A stretch of 63,677 nt of DNA, counting the filler, from Octopus bimaculoides (taxonomy: Eukaryota): NCBI RefSeq assembly GCF_001194135.2. It is 8 parts of 8 records of this genome, joined end to end, with 100 filler letters (N's around TTAATTAATTAA, not from the genome) between each part and the next. Parts side by side here need not be neighbours in the genome. Positions count along the whole stretch, not along the records: positions 1 to 13,857 come from NC_068985.1; positions 13,958 to 32,135 come from NC_068989.1; 6 more parts are not named here. One strand, given 5' to 3'. Under the pieces are notes generated by a model, which was given only the letters and a program-made list of their open reading frames with translations, was not told the DNA's origin and made no database searches. Shown here in pieces: positions 12,912 to 24,502 of the stretch (its first letter is position 1; each line of letters begins with the position of its first letter). The translations under genes and the position numbers were made by a program.

Positions 12912-12953
12912 CATACTGATTGGAGGTGGGGAACATGACATTTTTTGTTGCTG
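12912..12953 (-). CDS. Candidate upstream exon of the minus-strand gene (QQQKMSCSPPPISM, phase 0-0)
   Basis: Acceptor AATCGTCTTCACAG|CAG and weak donor ATG|GTATAT. Phase-compatible with 6922-7021 but otherwise unsupported. Confidence 0.2.
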
Positions 12954-13121
12954 CTGTGAAGACGATTATTTTTAATATTTCATGACAATTTAATAAATAT
13001 TGTTACAAGTGAAAGTTTATATTTATTAAAAGAGAGAGAAAGGGACATATGTATGTGCGTTTATATATATGTATATATGTAAGTTTATATAAATAAATGT
13101 ACAAGTGCATATATGTGTATA

Positions 13122-13456
13122 TGAAGGCGCATGGCTTAGTGATTAGAGCTTTGATCGTATGACTGTGAGGTTGTGAGTCCGAATCCCAGACCGGGCTGCA
13201 TGTTGTGTTCTTGAGCAAGACACTTTATTTTACATTGCTCCAGTTCACTCAGCTGTAGAAATGAGTTGCAACGTCACTGATGCCAAGCCGTATCAGCCTT
13301 TGCCTTTCCCTTGGATAACATCTGTAGCATGGAGAGGGGAGGCTGGTATGCATGGGTGACTGTTAGTCTTCCATAAGCAACCTTGCCTGGACTTGTGCTT
13401 AGGAAGGTAACTTTCTAGGTGTAATCCCATGGTCATTCGTGACCGAAGGGGTCTCT
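13122..13456 (+). mobile_element. tRNA-derived SINE, family A, full length
   Basis: A box TGGCTTAGTGATTAGAGC, B-box-like GTCCGAATCCC, central GTGTTCTTGAGCAAGACAC...CTCAGCTGTAGAAATGAGT. Confidence 0.85.
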
Positions 13457-13671
13457 GATATATGTGTGTGCATGTGTGTATTTATGTCTGAGTGTGTTTA
13501 AATGTGTATTTATATATATGTGTAGGAAATTGGGAAATTTGCTACCACCTATGGTTGCTGTTGGAGTAAGAAAGAGAGAGACAGAGAGCTTATTATGAAA
13601 TAGCATTTCTCTCTCTCTCTCCTTCTCTCTCTCTCTCTGTCTCTCACACACATACACTATATATATACATG

Positions 13672-13715
<44 letters not shown>

Positions 13716-13857
13716 CATATATATATATATACACATACATACATATATATATATATACACATACATACATATATATATATATATACACATACATACATAT
13801 ATATATATATACACATACATACATATATATATATATACACATACATACATATATATA

Positions 13858-13957
13858 NNNNNNNNNNNNNNNNNNNNNNNNNNNNNNNNNNNNNNNNNNN
13901 NTTAATTAATTAANNNNNNNNNNNNNNNNNNNNNNNNNNNNNNNNNNNNNNNNNNNN
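13858..13957. other. Assembly contig-join marker N44-TTAATTAATTAA-N44 (artefact)
   Basis: The same 12-mer embedded in Ns recurs at 13902, 32180, 42164, 45358, 56859, 60138 and 62565. Confidence 0.95.
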
Positions 13958-13990
<33 letters not shown>

Positions 13991-16856
13991 GTATGTATAT
14001 ATATATACATCACTTCTTCTAAGAAGGTTAAGGGACACTGATGTAAAAATTACAAGTTACATATATTAAGACACTTAAATGAAACCTAAGAACTATATAT
14101 GAAATTTAGGCGTTAATTAATTTATGAAATAAATTATTTTCCAAAGCAACTCATTCATATATTTGTATGATTAAGTAATTAGAATAATAGCAGATGAGGA
14201 TTGACATTCATCAGTGAAATTATTTTTTCATTTTGTTTATTACCAAACATCTTACTGCAATTATTTATTGTTAAGGTGACAAAGATGGAAAGTATTTACC
14301 TACTTCTAGTGCAAGCAAGTATGTACATAAATACTTATCATTCAATCAGCAAGTAATGATTATTAAATTTCGATCAATCATTTTTTTATGTTTTGTTTTT
14401 CTATTCACCAACAAACAATACAATATTTGGATGCATTCAAGTTTACACTATATGTAATTTAAAATATCGCAAAGGAGTTCAACAAAGAACAATATTACAA
14501 AACATATATATCCTTGATAAACAAATAGTAATGTCAATCTCTCTCAATTTCTCTTCCTTTCTCTGTAGCTATATGTCTCTCTTTTCTGTGTATATGTGTT
14601 TACATACATACATGCATGCACATGCATATATACATAGACATGTGTTTATACATTTACATGCACATATATTTATATATATATGTATATATATATATATATA
14701 TNNNNNNNNNNNNNNNNNNNNNNNNNNNNNNNNNNNNNNNNNNNNNNNNNNNNNNNNNNNNNNNNNNNNNNNNNNNNNNNNNNNNNNNNNNNNNNNNNNN
14801 NNNNNNNNNNNNNNNNNNNNNNNNNNNNNNNNNNNNNNNNNNNNNNNNNNNNNNNNNNNNNNNNNNNNNNNNNNNNNNNNNNNNNNNNNNNNNNNNNNNN
14901 NNNNNNNNNNNNNNNNNNNNNNNNNNNNNNNNNNNNNNNNNNNNNNNNNNNNNNNNNNNNNNNNNNNNNNNNNNNNNNNNNNNNNNNNNNNNNNNNNNNN
15001 NNNNNNNNNNNNNNNNNNNNNNNNNNNNNNNNNNNNNNNNNNNNNNNNNNNNNNNNNNNNNNNNNNNNNNNNNNNNNNNNNNNNNNNNNNNNNNNNNNNN
15101 NNNNNNNNNNNNNNNNNNNNNNNNNNATATTTTTCATATTATTTAATTATTGTATAATTACTATAAAAAAACGTTTCATTTAGCCAAATTTAGCTTATTT
15201 ATCGTGATTAAGTAATTACATTATAGTTTCAAAAGATAAAGTTCTTCAGACATCACCGGAAATTATATTCAAGCAAATTTATATTTCATATTAATCTCTT
15301 TCGAAATAAACAGGTAAATATATCTTATTACAATAATCAATCAGTTAGTATTACTATTTTTGGCAATTATTTAAAATTCATTATAATTATTATATCATAA
15401 CCATTATTATATAAACATAACTATTATAATCTCATTTTAACCATTTTAATATTAACATACAATTATGATATTATAATTATCATAATTGTCAACAACACAT
15501 AAAAAAAAATGATATTCGATTTTCTAACAACAGCGCTCAAATTATGAATCTAATGTTTTTTTTTATGAAATTAATTGTTAGATTACATTCAAATAATGTT
15601 ATAGTAACTAACTCCAAATAGCATACTGTTTAAAAAACAAAACACAAATCAATCGAATGCACCTGGTAAAACTTTCAAATATGTGGTGCTATACTTTGTG
15701 CTTTGTTTACAATCACCGTACAATGAAAAGAAAATATTTTAAGATTTTGTCACATACTTACTTGCTAGATTACTGCCTAACAACAAATTTGGGTTTAGCT
15801 GGTCTTCGTTTGCAATCATACTTACTGCCTTGATCCTTTTGAAAAAAATAGATAAATTTAAAAAAACAAAATGTAAATGATATATGTTGTTATATATGTT
15901 GTGTGTTAAGAAGCTTGCTCCAAATCGCAATGTTCTGGGTCCAGTTGTTCGAATAAAAGTGGTGCTCCAGCATGCCTGCTGTCAAATGACTGAAATAAGT
16001 CAAAGAAAATTATACGTACACACATACATATATACATACATACAAACATACATGCATACACACATATGTATATATATAGACAGAGACAGAGAGACAGAGA
16101 TAGACAGAGAGAGACAGAGATGGATAGATAGATATGCATATATATGTACGTATGTATATATCTATGTGTGTGTGTATCGTTTTGTCTATGTTTGTCCTCC
16201 ACCACCACCACTTTAAAACTTGTGCTCGTGTGCTTACATCCACGAAACATCGTTGTTCGTCAGAAGAAACCGATAGGACTTTTCAAGTAAATGAAAACCA
16301 CACACAAATCTCTGGTCGATTTGAGGCTATAGTAGAAGTCTTCTGCCAAGGTGCTGTGAAACGGAACACGAAGCCTTATAGTTGTGGAGTAAGCCATATG
16401 ATTGAGGAGCAAGTTTTTATCAGCACAACCACGTCGTTGTCATTGTCGTCTTCTCATCCTTGCACATACGGGTTTATTTTATATTATAACTAATAGCTTC
16501 TCTAATTTAGATTATCTCTGCTTCTAGATTTGATAGCGCGAATCATTTGGTAGGGATATACCTCCAAAAACGCATAAATTATTAAAAATTGACAGGTTAT
16601 TATAAATGAAAGATTATCAATAAGGACCAATAAGCATCATCGGCACGGCATTTTCAGCAGATAATATACTCAGAATTATACAAAAGAAAATTTTAATACA
16701 TCTATAGACTGCTTAATTTGCATACAATTCAACATGCCTAGGCGGAGAGAAATCATTTTTAGTTTGGTGTCTGTTGGCATGTATTTGAACAAAACGTACC
16801 AGCGTTTATAAAATAACACAGACGTTGACTAATTAACTGATATCACATCCACTTAC

Positions 16857-16903
16857 AGAGAGTATAGACGCATCTGTTACTACCAAATTGCTATTAACTA
16901 CAA
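16857..16903 (-). other. Candidate 47-nt exon (UTR or coding) of the minus-strand gene
   Basis: Acceptor TTTTAAATTTCATTCTCAG| and donor TCT|GTAAGT are both near consensus. One frame is open (VVNSNLVVTDASILS). Confidence 0.35.
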
Positions 16904-17294
16904 CTGAGAATGAAATTTAAAATTTCTAGACCAGTAATTGTTATTCTGTTAACGAAATGGTAATCTCAGTGTCACTGTACAAGCCAAATTTAGGATACTA
17001 AGAATTCTTTCCATCCTAAGTATCATGCAGTCTCAGACAAAAAAAAAATGGTCGAGTTAAGGTTTCTCATACAGATAGCATGCACAACACTTGGACTCGA
17101 AAGATTCACCGTTATAATCACCTCGTCGAGGAATATGAAGATGCAAATTGGATGTAGAATATTCATTCGAAACGGTGAGTCGATAGTTGTTATCGCTAGA
17201 CCTGACTCATCATAAAGCAAATACCACGTTGTGTAATATCGAAGCTACAGCCCAGAACGCAAAACGCTGGATATGATTAAAATGGTCGGTAGAA

Positions 17295-17295
<1 letters not shown>

Positions 17296-17392
<97 letters not shown>

Positions 17393-17460
17393 TCTCTCTA
17401 TCTCTCTATCTATCTATCTATCTGTCTGTCTGTCTATCTATCTTTCTATCTGTCAATCTA
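17296..17460. repeat. Compound (TATC)n/(TGTC)n microsatellite
   Basis: Read directly; similar arrays at 43800-43890, 45815-45885 and 46740-46800. Confidence 0.95.
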
Positions 17461-18112
17461 ACTACTTTTCTCTCTCTATATATATACATATATATATACG
17501 TATATATATACATATANNNNNNNNNNGATTTTATTTACTCCATGTAGCCAGACTTTGTGGACACCCTGTATATATACATTCATACAAAGTTATAAATATT
17601 AATCAGCATATAGTCTGTAGAGAGGGCCACGTGCACGTGCGTGTAGACACCCAATATATATTCTCATTATATACACACTAAACTGTTCTTCTCATACACT
17701 GAATACATCCATCTTTTTATGACATGTGACATACAGCGAGTGGAACCAAAAGATATTTGTATATATTTACCAACGAAGGTTCATATGTGTGACGTAGTTC
17801 CGATATTAATCACAGTGTAATAGATATGAAGAAAAATAGAAAAATCGCTGAAAGCAGTTACTTGTATGGCTTTAAAAATTCCTTCCGGTAAATTTTGAAA
17901 TATTTTGATATATACATCAGCTTGAAGGAAAATTTGCCTGGATTATTCATCATATATTCGTTTGAGGATGAACCTTTTCTTTTTTGCATGAAATATTTCC
18001 TAGTGGATTATAATTTAGTATCAATATCAAAAGTGTGTAATCTCTAAATTTACTACTAAATATTTCTATAAGTAAAATATACATTAGTAATACAAAATGT
18101 TTCTATCATTCT

Positions 18113-18315
18113 TTTTACTCTTAACACAAGGCCCGAAATTTTGGAGGAGATGTCCAGTCGATTAGATCGATCCTAGTATGCAACTGGTACTTAATTTATC
18201 GTTCCTAAAGGATAGGTCAACCTCGGCGGCATTTGAACTCCGAACGTAAAGACAGACGAAATAGTGTTAAACATTTCGCCCGGCGTGCTAACGTTTATGC
18301 CATCTCGCCGCCTTA
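18113..18315 (-). mobile_element. tRNA-derived SINE, family D
   Basis: Reverse complement AAGGCGGCGAGATGGCATAAACGTTAGCACGCCGGGCG...GAGTTCAAATGCCGCCGAGGTTGACC...TAAATTAAGTACCAG. The central segment resembles Deu/Nin-type SINE domains. Confidence 0.8.
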
Positions 18316-19479
18316 ACATGTTTCTGTTATTCGTTAAAATATGTACGCTGTTGCGGCGTGTAATATCGCTCTGAGTTTCTCTGAGACCACAATATTGTAG
18401 CGAATCAAAAGGCAGTGACTAAATATGTTATATATTCAGTCACAAGTCACAGCCTGAATATATAGTATATGCTTACGAGATATGCCCTTCACCGGAGAAA
18501 ACGCAAGAAGATCCCCAGGAGAAGCCACAGCAGAAGTGACAGGAGAAGCCACAGGAAGGACAAGAAGAAGAAAGAATGGTACCAGTGGAGGCAGAAAAAG
18601 AGAATGCAGAGGATTAGTAGGAAACCACAGGAAAAAGAAAAAGAAAGAAGAGAATAAAGATAAGTCCAACGCATACAGAACCTCACCCTACTTTTACACA
18701 ATGCCTACTCATACCCTCTTTGTCCCACCCTCTCCCTGAAGACTAAACCTTCCCACTCCCCTCCAACACAAAAACAAAAAAGAACACTTACACTCAAACT
18801 TCCCCTCCCATTAGTTGTTTTGCGTGTGTGCTGTACGAGGACGCAGAAGAGGACCTGTTTGGAAGGTTGAATGAATGGGAAAACACAGTATATGTTGGTG
18901 TACAGGATTGGGAGAGTATTGGCGGAGAACATACGTGTTTATTAATAACTGAACAACAAACGAATGAAATAAGAGGATACAAATGTGAATGTGAGCTGTG
19001 GAAAGTAGACAACGATATGGAAAAATAACTAAAGTCGATAGAATATAAAGGACTGAAAAAACGTTATGGGATTGACATAATAGAGAATAGAAGAAAAGGA
19101 AGTAAGTGATGTTACTTGGTGGGGCAAGTAACACCATTTTCAATTTTCATTTTCAATTTTCATTATATCATACGTTTTATTTGTTTTTATTTGGTATATG
19201 TCTCCAAATGTGCTGTAATGTCCCTCTTCTTTTACCCTTTATGGGTAATAAAGAAATAATATGCTTACGAGATATTTATAGTTCCTGCGAAAAACTTCGT
19301 GCTGTATGTTCACCCATCTCTAATACACTATTAAGACACAAAACCTGGTTGTGCCACAATTCAAACTGATGGGCACTGTAAACTTATCGAGAATTTCATT
19401 TGTCATTACGTTTTAGTCAGGGGAAGTATAAATAGAACACAAGAATGTCTTGTCGTCACCGAAGCTGGTGCGAGGAAAG

Positions 19480-19530
19480 AATAAAAATATTCTTAGCGTA
19501 AACGCAAGTACGGAAGTGTTGGCTACACTA
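19480..19530. promoter_or_regulatory. Candidate bidirectional promoter with ETS-type CGGAAGTG motif
   Basis: CGGAAGTG at 19511-19518 in locally CpG-containing unique sequence, between a minus-strand donor (C|GTAAGC at 19268) and a plus-strand donor (CAG|GTATTT at 19625). Confidence 0.3.
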
Positions 19531-20399
19531 AATACTGTCATTATCGGAGTTGAATGGAAAACGACCACAAAACAAATAATTCTAATCCCTCAAGACAGAA
19601 ACAACCACTTCGAGGGATTTACAGGTATTTAATATTTTTAACCAAATTTCACCTACACTGCCATTGAAATCTATTTATATATTATTAGTATTGAATCTTA
19701 AAGCATTTAATAAATTTAATCAAATATCAATGCTTATGTCCATGAGTTTCAGGACAAGTAACTAATTTTTAACTCTGCCACAAGAAACAAATATTTTTTG
19801 CAAATTCGTTATCGATAAAATTTCTTCACCACATGTCTATTACATTAACCCCGACCAGCAATCAACCCACCCCCCAAAACAACGCCATCTAAATCATAGA
19901 AATAACACAACTCAGAAACATCCATAAACACACAATTTAACTTCACAGACACAAAGAGATTCACCAAATGTTTCACTACATCTGGCGCAAGGAAGCATGC
20001 TTGAAAACGAATGTATTTTCACCTACCCCACAGGTATCAAACATACATTTTCGAAACACATCAGAAATCAAACTAATACCAAAGTGCGGACAAATATTAT
20101 ACTAAAACATATTCTCTCCTTAATAAATCGTTTCAAACCTGCTCTCCATACTAAAAGAATGAAGCCCGTCTACAACCCATTGCTAAAGAAGTACTGAGTG
20201 GTTTTCTATACTCAAATCGTGAAACATATATAAGAAATGCAGTGAGAAGTAAAAATTATGGTCATGTACGACAGTGCGACCACAGTCAGAGATTTTAACC
20301 GCAATCAGATTTTAATCGATAGATCATCCTTTATTTATTTATCCTTTTTACCTATATTTTTACTTCCTGTAATTCTTATTTCTATTCTAAATAATATAT

Positions 20400-20623
20400 T
20401 TATTTCTTTATTGGCCATAAGGAGTTAAATATAAACGGCATAAAACAGAACAGAGAAATGGATTAAGTCGATTACATCGACCCCAGTGCGTAACTAATAC
20501 ATATTTAATCGACCTCGAAAGGTAAAATCGATCTCGTGAAATTTGAACTCAGAACGTAACAGCAGACAAACTACTGCTAAGCATTTCGTCCGGCGTGCTA
20601 ACGATTCTACCAGCTCACCGCCT
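20400..20623 (-). mobile_element. SINE family D, first copy of an adjacent pair
   Basis: Head AAGGCGGTGAGCTGGTAGAATCGTTAGCACGCCGG on the minus strand, flanked by TATTCTAAATAATATA repeats. Confidence 0.85.
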
Positions 20624-20639
20624 TATTCTAAATAATATA

Positions 20640-20859
20640 CTTTCCTACTCTAGGCACAAGGCCTGGAATTTTGGGGGAGGGGCCAGTCAATTAGATCGAA
20701 CCCAGTACGCAACTGGTACTTAATGTATCGACCCCGAAATGGTGAAAGGCAAAGTCGACCTCGGCGGAATTTGAACGCAGAACGTAAAGACAGACGAAAT
20801 GATGAAATACTACTAAGCATTTCGCCTGGTTTCTTAACGATTCTGGCTGCTCGCCGCCC
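20640..20859 (-). mobile_element. SINE family D, second copy of the pair, with a different 3' tail
   Basis: Head GGGCGGCGAGCAGCCAGAATCGTTAAGAAACCAGGCG on the minus strand. Its tail resembles the copy at 18113 rather than the one at 20400. Confidence 0.85.
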
Positions 20860-23228
20860 TATTCTAAATAATATATTCTCTTGCTGTAATTATTGTGCTA
20901 TATATATTTATTACGTTGATGGAAATAATAACTATACAAGAATTATCTAAATGTTGTCTCTTCTCAAACCAAGTTATATAACATCTAGCGTCTCGGGTTC
21001 GACCTGACCACTTCGAAGTAATTGTGTAAANNNNNNNNNNNNNNNNNNNNNNNNNNNNNNNNNNNNNNNNNNNNNNNNNNNNNNNNNNNNNNNNNNNNNN
21101 NNNNNNNNNNNNNNNNNNNNNNNNNNNNNNNNNNNNNNNNNNNNNNNNNNNNNNNNNNNNNNNNNNNNNNNNNNNNNNNNNNNNNNNNNNNNNNNNNNNN
21201 NNNNNNNNNNNNNNNNNNNNNNNNNNNNNTATATATATATATATATATATATGATCGCACGTACGCACACAGGCACACACACACACAAATATTTAACCTG
21301 CCATAGATTAATGTATAGAAGAAAATATCTATGTATGAATATCTATCTATCTATCTAGTAATCTATATATATATGTATATATATATATGTATGTATGTAC
21401 GTATGTATGTATGTATACAAATATATAGATATGTTTTATTTATATATATATATATATATACACATATATAGATATACTTTACACCCACCCACTCAAATTA
21501 TGGTCTTATTGCAACTCGCATCTTTTGTTACTATTTGACATAGTGTTGTCTAATTTGGTCTTGCCCGGAGGGTGAGTAAACAGGATATATGAATGACGGC
21601 CCTGTTTCGGTTTAGTAATCACAATCAGTTTTACTTGGAGAATGGAGAATATAGATACGGTGTTTATAATATTTATATGCCACTAGAATTTGCCATTCCC
21701 CGCGATATCAATTCCATCAAAGTATAGAACGCTGAATCTTATAACAAATTTTCTGGTGTAAGCCTCAGTTGTGCTCGAATTTCTAGTTTATTAAATAGTT
21801 TAAATGTTCATTTCTAATTTTATTTTCATTTTTATTTATTAACTATAAACTTATGTGGTGTTTGCTTTTTAAATTTTCTTTACCATATGCAATAATTTCG
21901 TAATTTCATTTTATATTTCACATCTAGGGAAGGTGCAATTTTCCTATATTTATGTTTGTATTGAACTTAATAAATTATCATTCTCAACCTTCAGTTTACT
22001 TTGATAGCATAGAGATAAAAAGTGATGAAAACTGTATTGACCCATAGAAATCGAATTCTTTTCAAAAAGCATGAACCATAGAAAATTCATACGAATGCGG
22101 TAGGTTAGCTTAGACTGAAAATATAAATAATATCTTAATGATAGATATCATTCATACGGTTGGAGAAATGAAAGGGCACGTGGAATCAGACGTGTCTTGG
22201 ATGTAATTGATTTATAGGATGGGATGTAAATGACAATTATATGATATCGTTGAAGGGAATTTTAGCTAGAGATCTTTCTCTTCACAGTTAGCGTTTATCG
22301 GTAAGTAATATGTTGCATTGATAGTTTCTCGCCCTTTCAAGTACCTAAACTTATTTTCTGTTAAAGTTACTATACATCCTTAGATATTCTCAGTTAATTA
22401 TTGGTTAATATTCCTCTCTATATTTGCCTAATATAGCCTCCATGTTATGTACAAGATTTCAATAGAGCCAGTATTTATTTCTGAATATTCATTATATATT
22501 CTTTGTGTCTTATATTTTCTTTAAAGTTCAAAGTGATTTCTTACATATACTACGCAAATTGCTCCCTTTCGACTTTCATAAAAAATATGAACAGAAAACA
22601 TTTTGGACTTTAATATATAGGTTTCTTTATGAATTTATGCTTTTATATAATGCAAAAAAATTGACTTTCCCCTAATTCTACGTAAAAATATACCAATGAT
22701 CCCTATGAAGGGGATATTTCTAAAGGAATTTGGATTTTTTTTCCTTTTTATCGACGAAAATTCCTTAGTAATATTCATTCTGAAATAACATGAATGAAAA
22801 TGTGGCTCTATTTCTATATTGGCTTTATACTCGCTTGACTTGTGTCTGCATTAATAAAGATTTATACGCTGATGCAGAAACATCAGTATTCGGAAAGTTC
22901 TGTGTTAGCCGAAACTTGGATTATATCAGCCGTTAGATGAAATATTTGATGCATGAAACAAAATCGAAACTGCGATACCCCATATTATAGCGCATGCATT
23001 TAATTCTGAATAGCTACGTCGTTATGAACGGTTGATCTTTTTTACAACTGTATTGATGGCGGCGAAATAGCTCGCTACAACTGAAAGTCAAATTTAAACC
23101 ACTTTACATTGGACTTAGAACTCTGCATTTCTTTACTCATTTCACTGAATATTTTCAAAGACGATAAGTTGGAAGCCTATATATTAATCAATTGCATGAC
23201 TCGTATTAATCTTCACAATTATTAAGTG

Positions 23229-23269
<41 letters not shown>

Positions 23270-23280
23270 NNNNNNNNNNA

Positions 23281-23447
23281 AGGATCAGCCTTGTCACACC
23301 GTGTCACGCTGAATATCCCCGAGAACTACGTTAAGGATACACGTATCTGTGGAGTGCTCAGTCACTTGCACGTTAATTTCACGAGCAGGCTGTTCCGTTG
23401 GTCGGATCAACTGGAACCCTCGACGTCGTAAGCGATGGAGTGCCAAC
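23281..23447 (+). mobile_element. SINE family B, 3' half
   Basis: CAGCCTTGTCACA...GATCAACTGGAACCCTCGACGTCGTAAGCGATGGAGTGCCA matches the 3' half of 39046-39365 and, inverted, 59933-60093. Confidence 0.8.
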
Positions 23448-24483
23448 ACACACAAACACTCAAACACACATAAATATGTACATTGGATCAATATTTGTGA
23501 CATATCAAAAACTTATGAATCCAGTATTTAAACTAACTATTCTCTATGAGATGCCTTCTATATTATTGTAATAACGAATCCAAACATACTGAGATTGCAG
23601 GCTGATAGAAATTTCTAATATCATATCTCCTCTTTGAAAATAACAACATACATTGAATTCTCTTCGAAGATGTACTGCGAAAGAGTTTTACATACTGTAT
23701 ACAATGATAAGAGCAAATCTAACACCGGCGGGGTTTGAACTCAGAGTGTGCTAGAAGAAATGTTAGTAAGTATTTTGTCAGACACGCTAAAGATCCTACC
23801 AGCTCACCGTTTTATTAATTGTTATAAATTAAATCTCTCTTAACTAAAGTGAAGTCATTCAATGAAGTCATTCCATTAGGCAAATACCCATTCTATGTTT
23901 TTAAATTGATAAGCTAATGATGATACAAGAATTGGTTAAACCTTCAGCACTAATTAACTTAAATAAAATTTTAAGGTGAAACAGAATACTATGATATGCG
24001 ATTCATATGCAATAAAAACTGTATAGAATAAATTGAGCTTTAATACATTCTTGAGATATTATTTTAATAGAATTTCAGTAATGGTAGCATTTCACATCCA
24101 AGATAAATATTTCCAACCGAACTGGATGCATATTGAGTGTCGCATTAACAAGGATATAAACAGTTCAAATTTGTATACCCCCAAAATTGAAAATAATATA
24201 CATTTAATTGTGTTACTGAGAATACCTTTTATCATGATTATGACGTACGAACATTGAAGTTGTTGATATTGTATTGGTTTATTACTTTCGTCACGTGCAT
24301 TCATTCTTTCCCACTTGTCATACTATTAATACAGCAATATCTTTTTTTGGCATATATACTTTGCTTTTTTAAGGGCATAGAATGCAATGTGTGCAAAATG
24401 TGGCTGATTGTGTTTGTTCTGTATCTTCTCGTCAGGTCATTTATTGAACAATTGGACTGTTCATTCGGCAATATAATTCAGCC

Positions 24484-24502
24484 ATGAAGCGTCTGTTTTC
24501 AG
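24484..24502 (+). CDS. SGSM3: Candidate start-codon exon of SGSM3 (MKRLFS, phase 1), within a possible exon 24436-24502
   Basis: Acceptor TGTTCTGTATCTTCTCGTCAG|G at 24436, then GCCATG and donor CAG|GTTTGA. Phase 1 matches the start of 34911, giving [16 protein letters not shown]. An alternative phase-1 candidate is ATGTATCTGG|GTGAGT ending at 24616. Confidence 0.3.

Noticed and set aside
13122-13200. tRNA-like sequences with A and B boxes
   Set aside because: They continue into shared SINE bodies in multiple copies and lack a complete cloverleaf, so they are SINE heads rather than tRNA genes.
13902-13913. TTAATTAATTAA repeated seven times at dispersed positions, superficially like a regular repeat array
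   Set aside because: Always embedded in Ns as a 100-bp block; an assembly join marker, not biology and not CRISPR.
18436-18701. Hydrophobic minus-strand ORFs resembling a signal peptide or transmembrane segment
   Set aside because: The sequence is a pyrimidine tract; the frame reaching the donor has no ATG, and the ATG frame stops before the donor. More likely 5'UTR.
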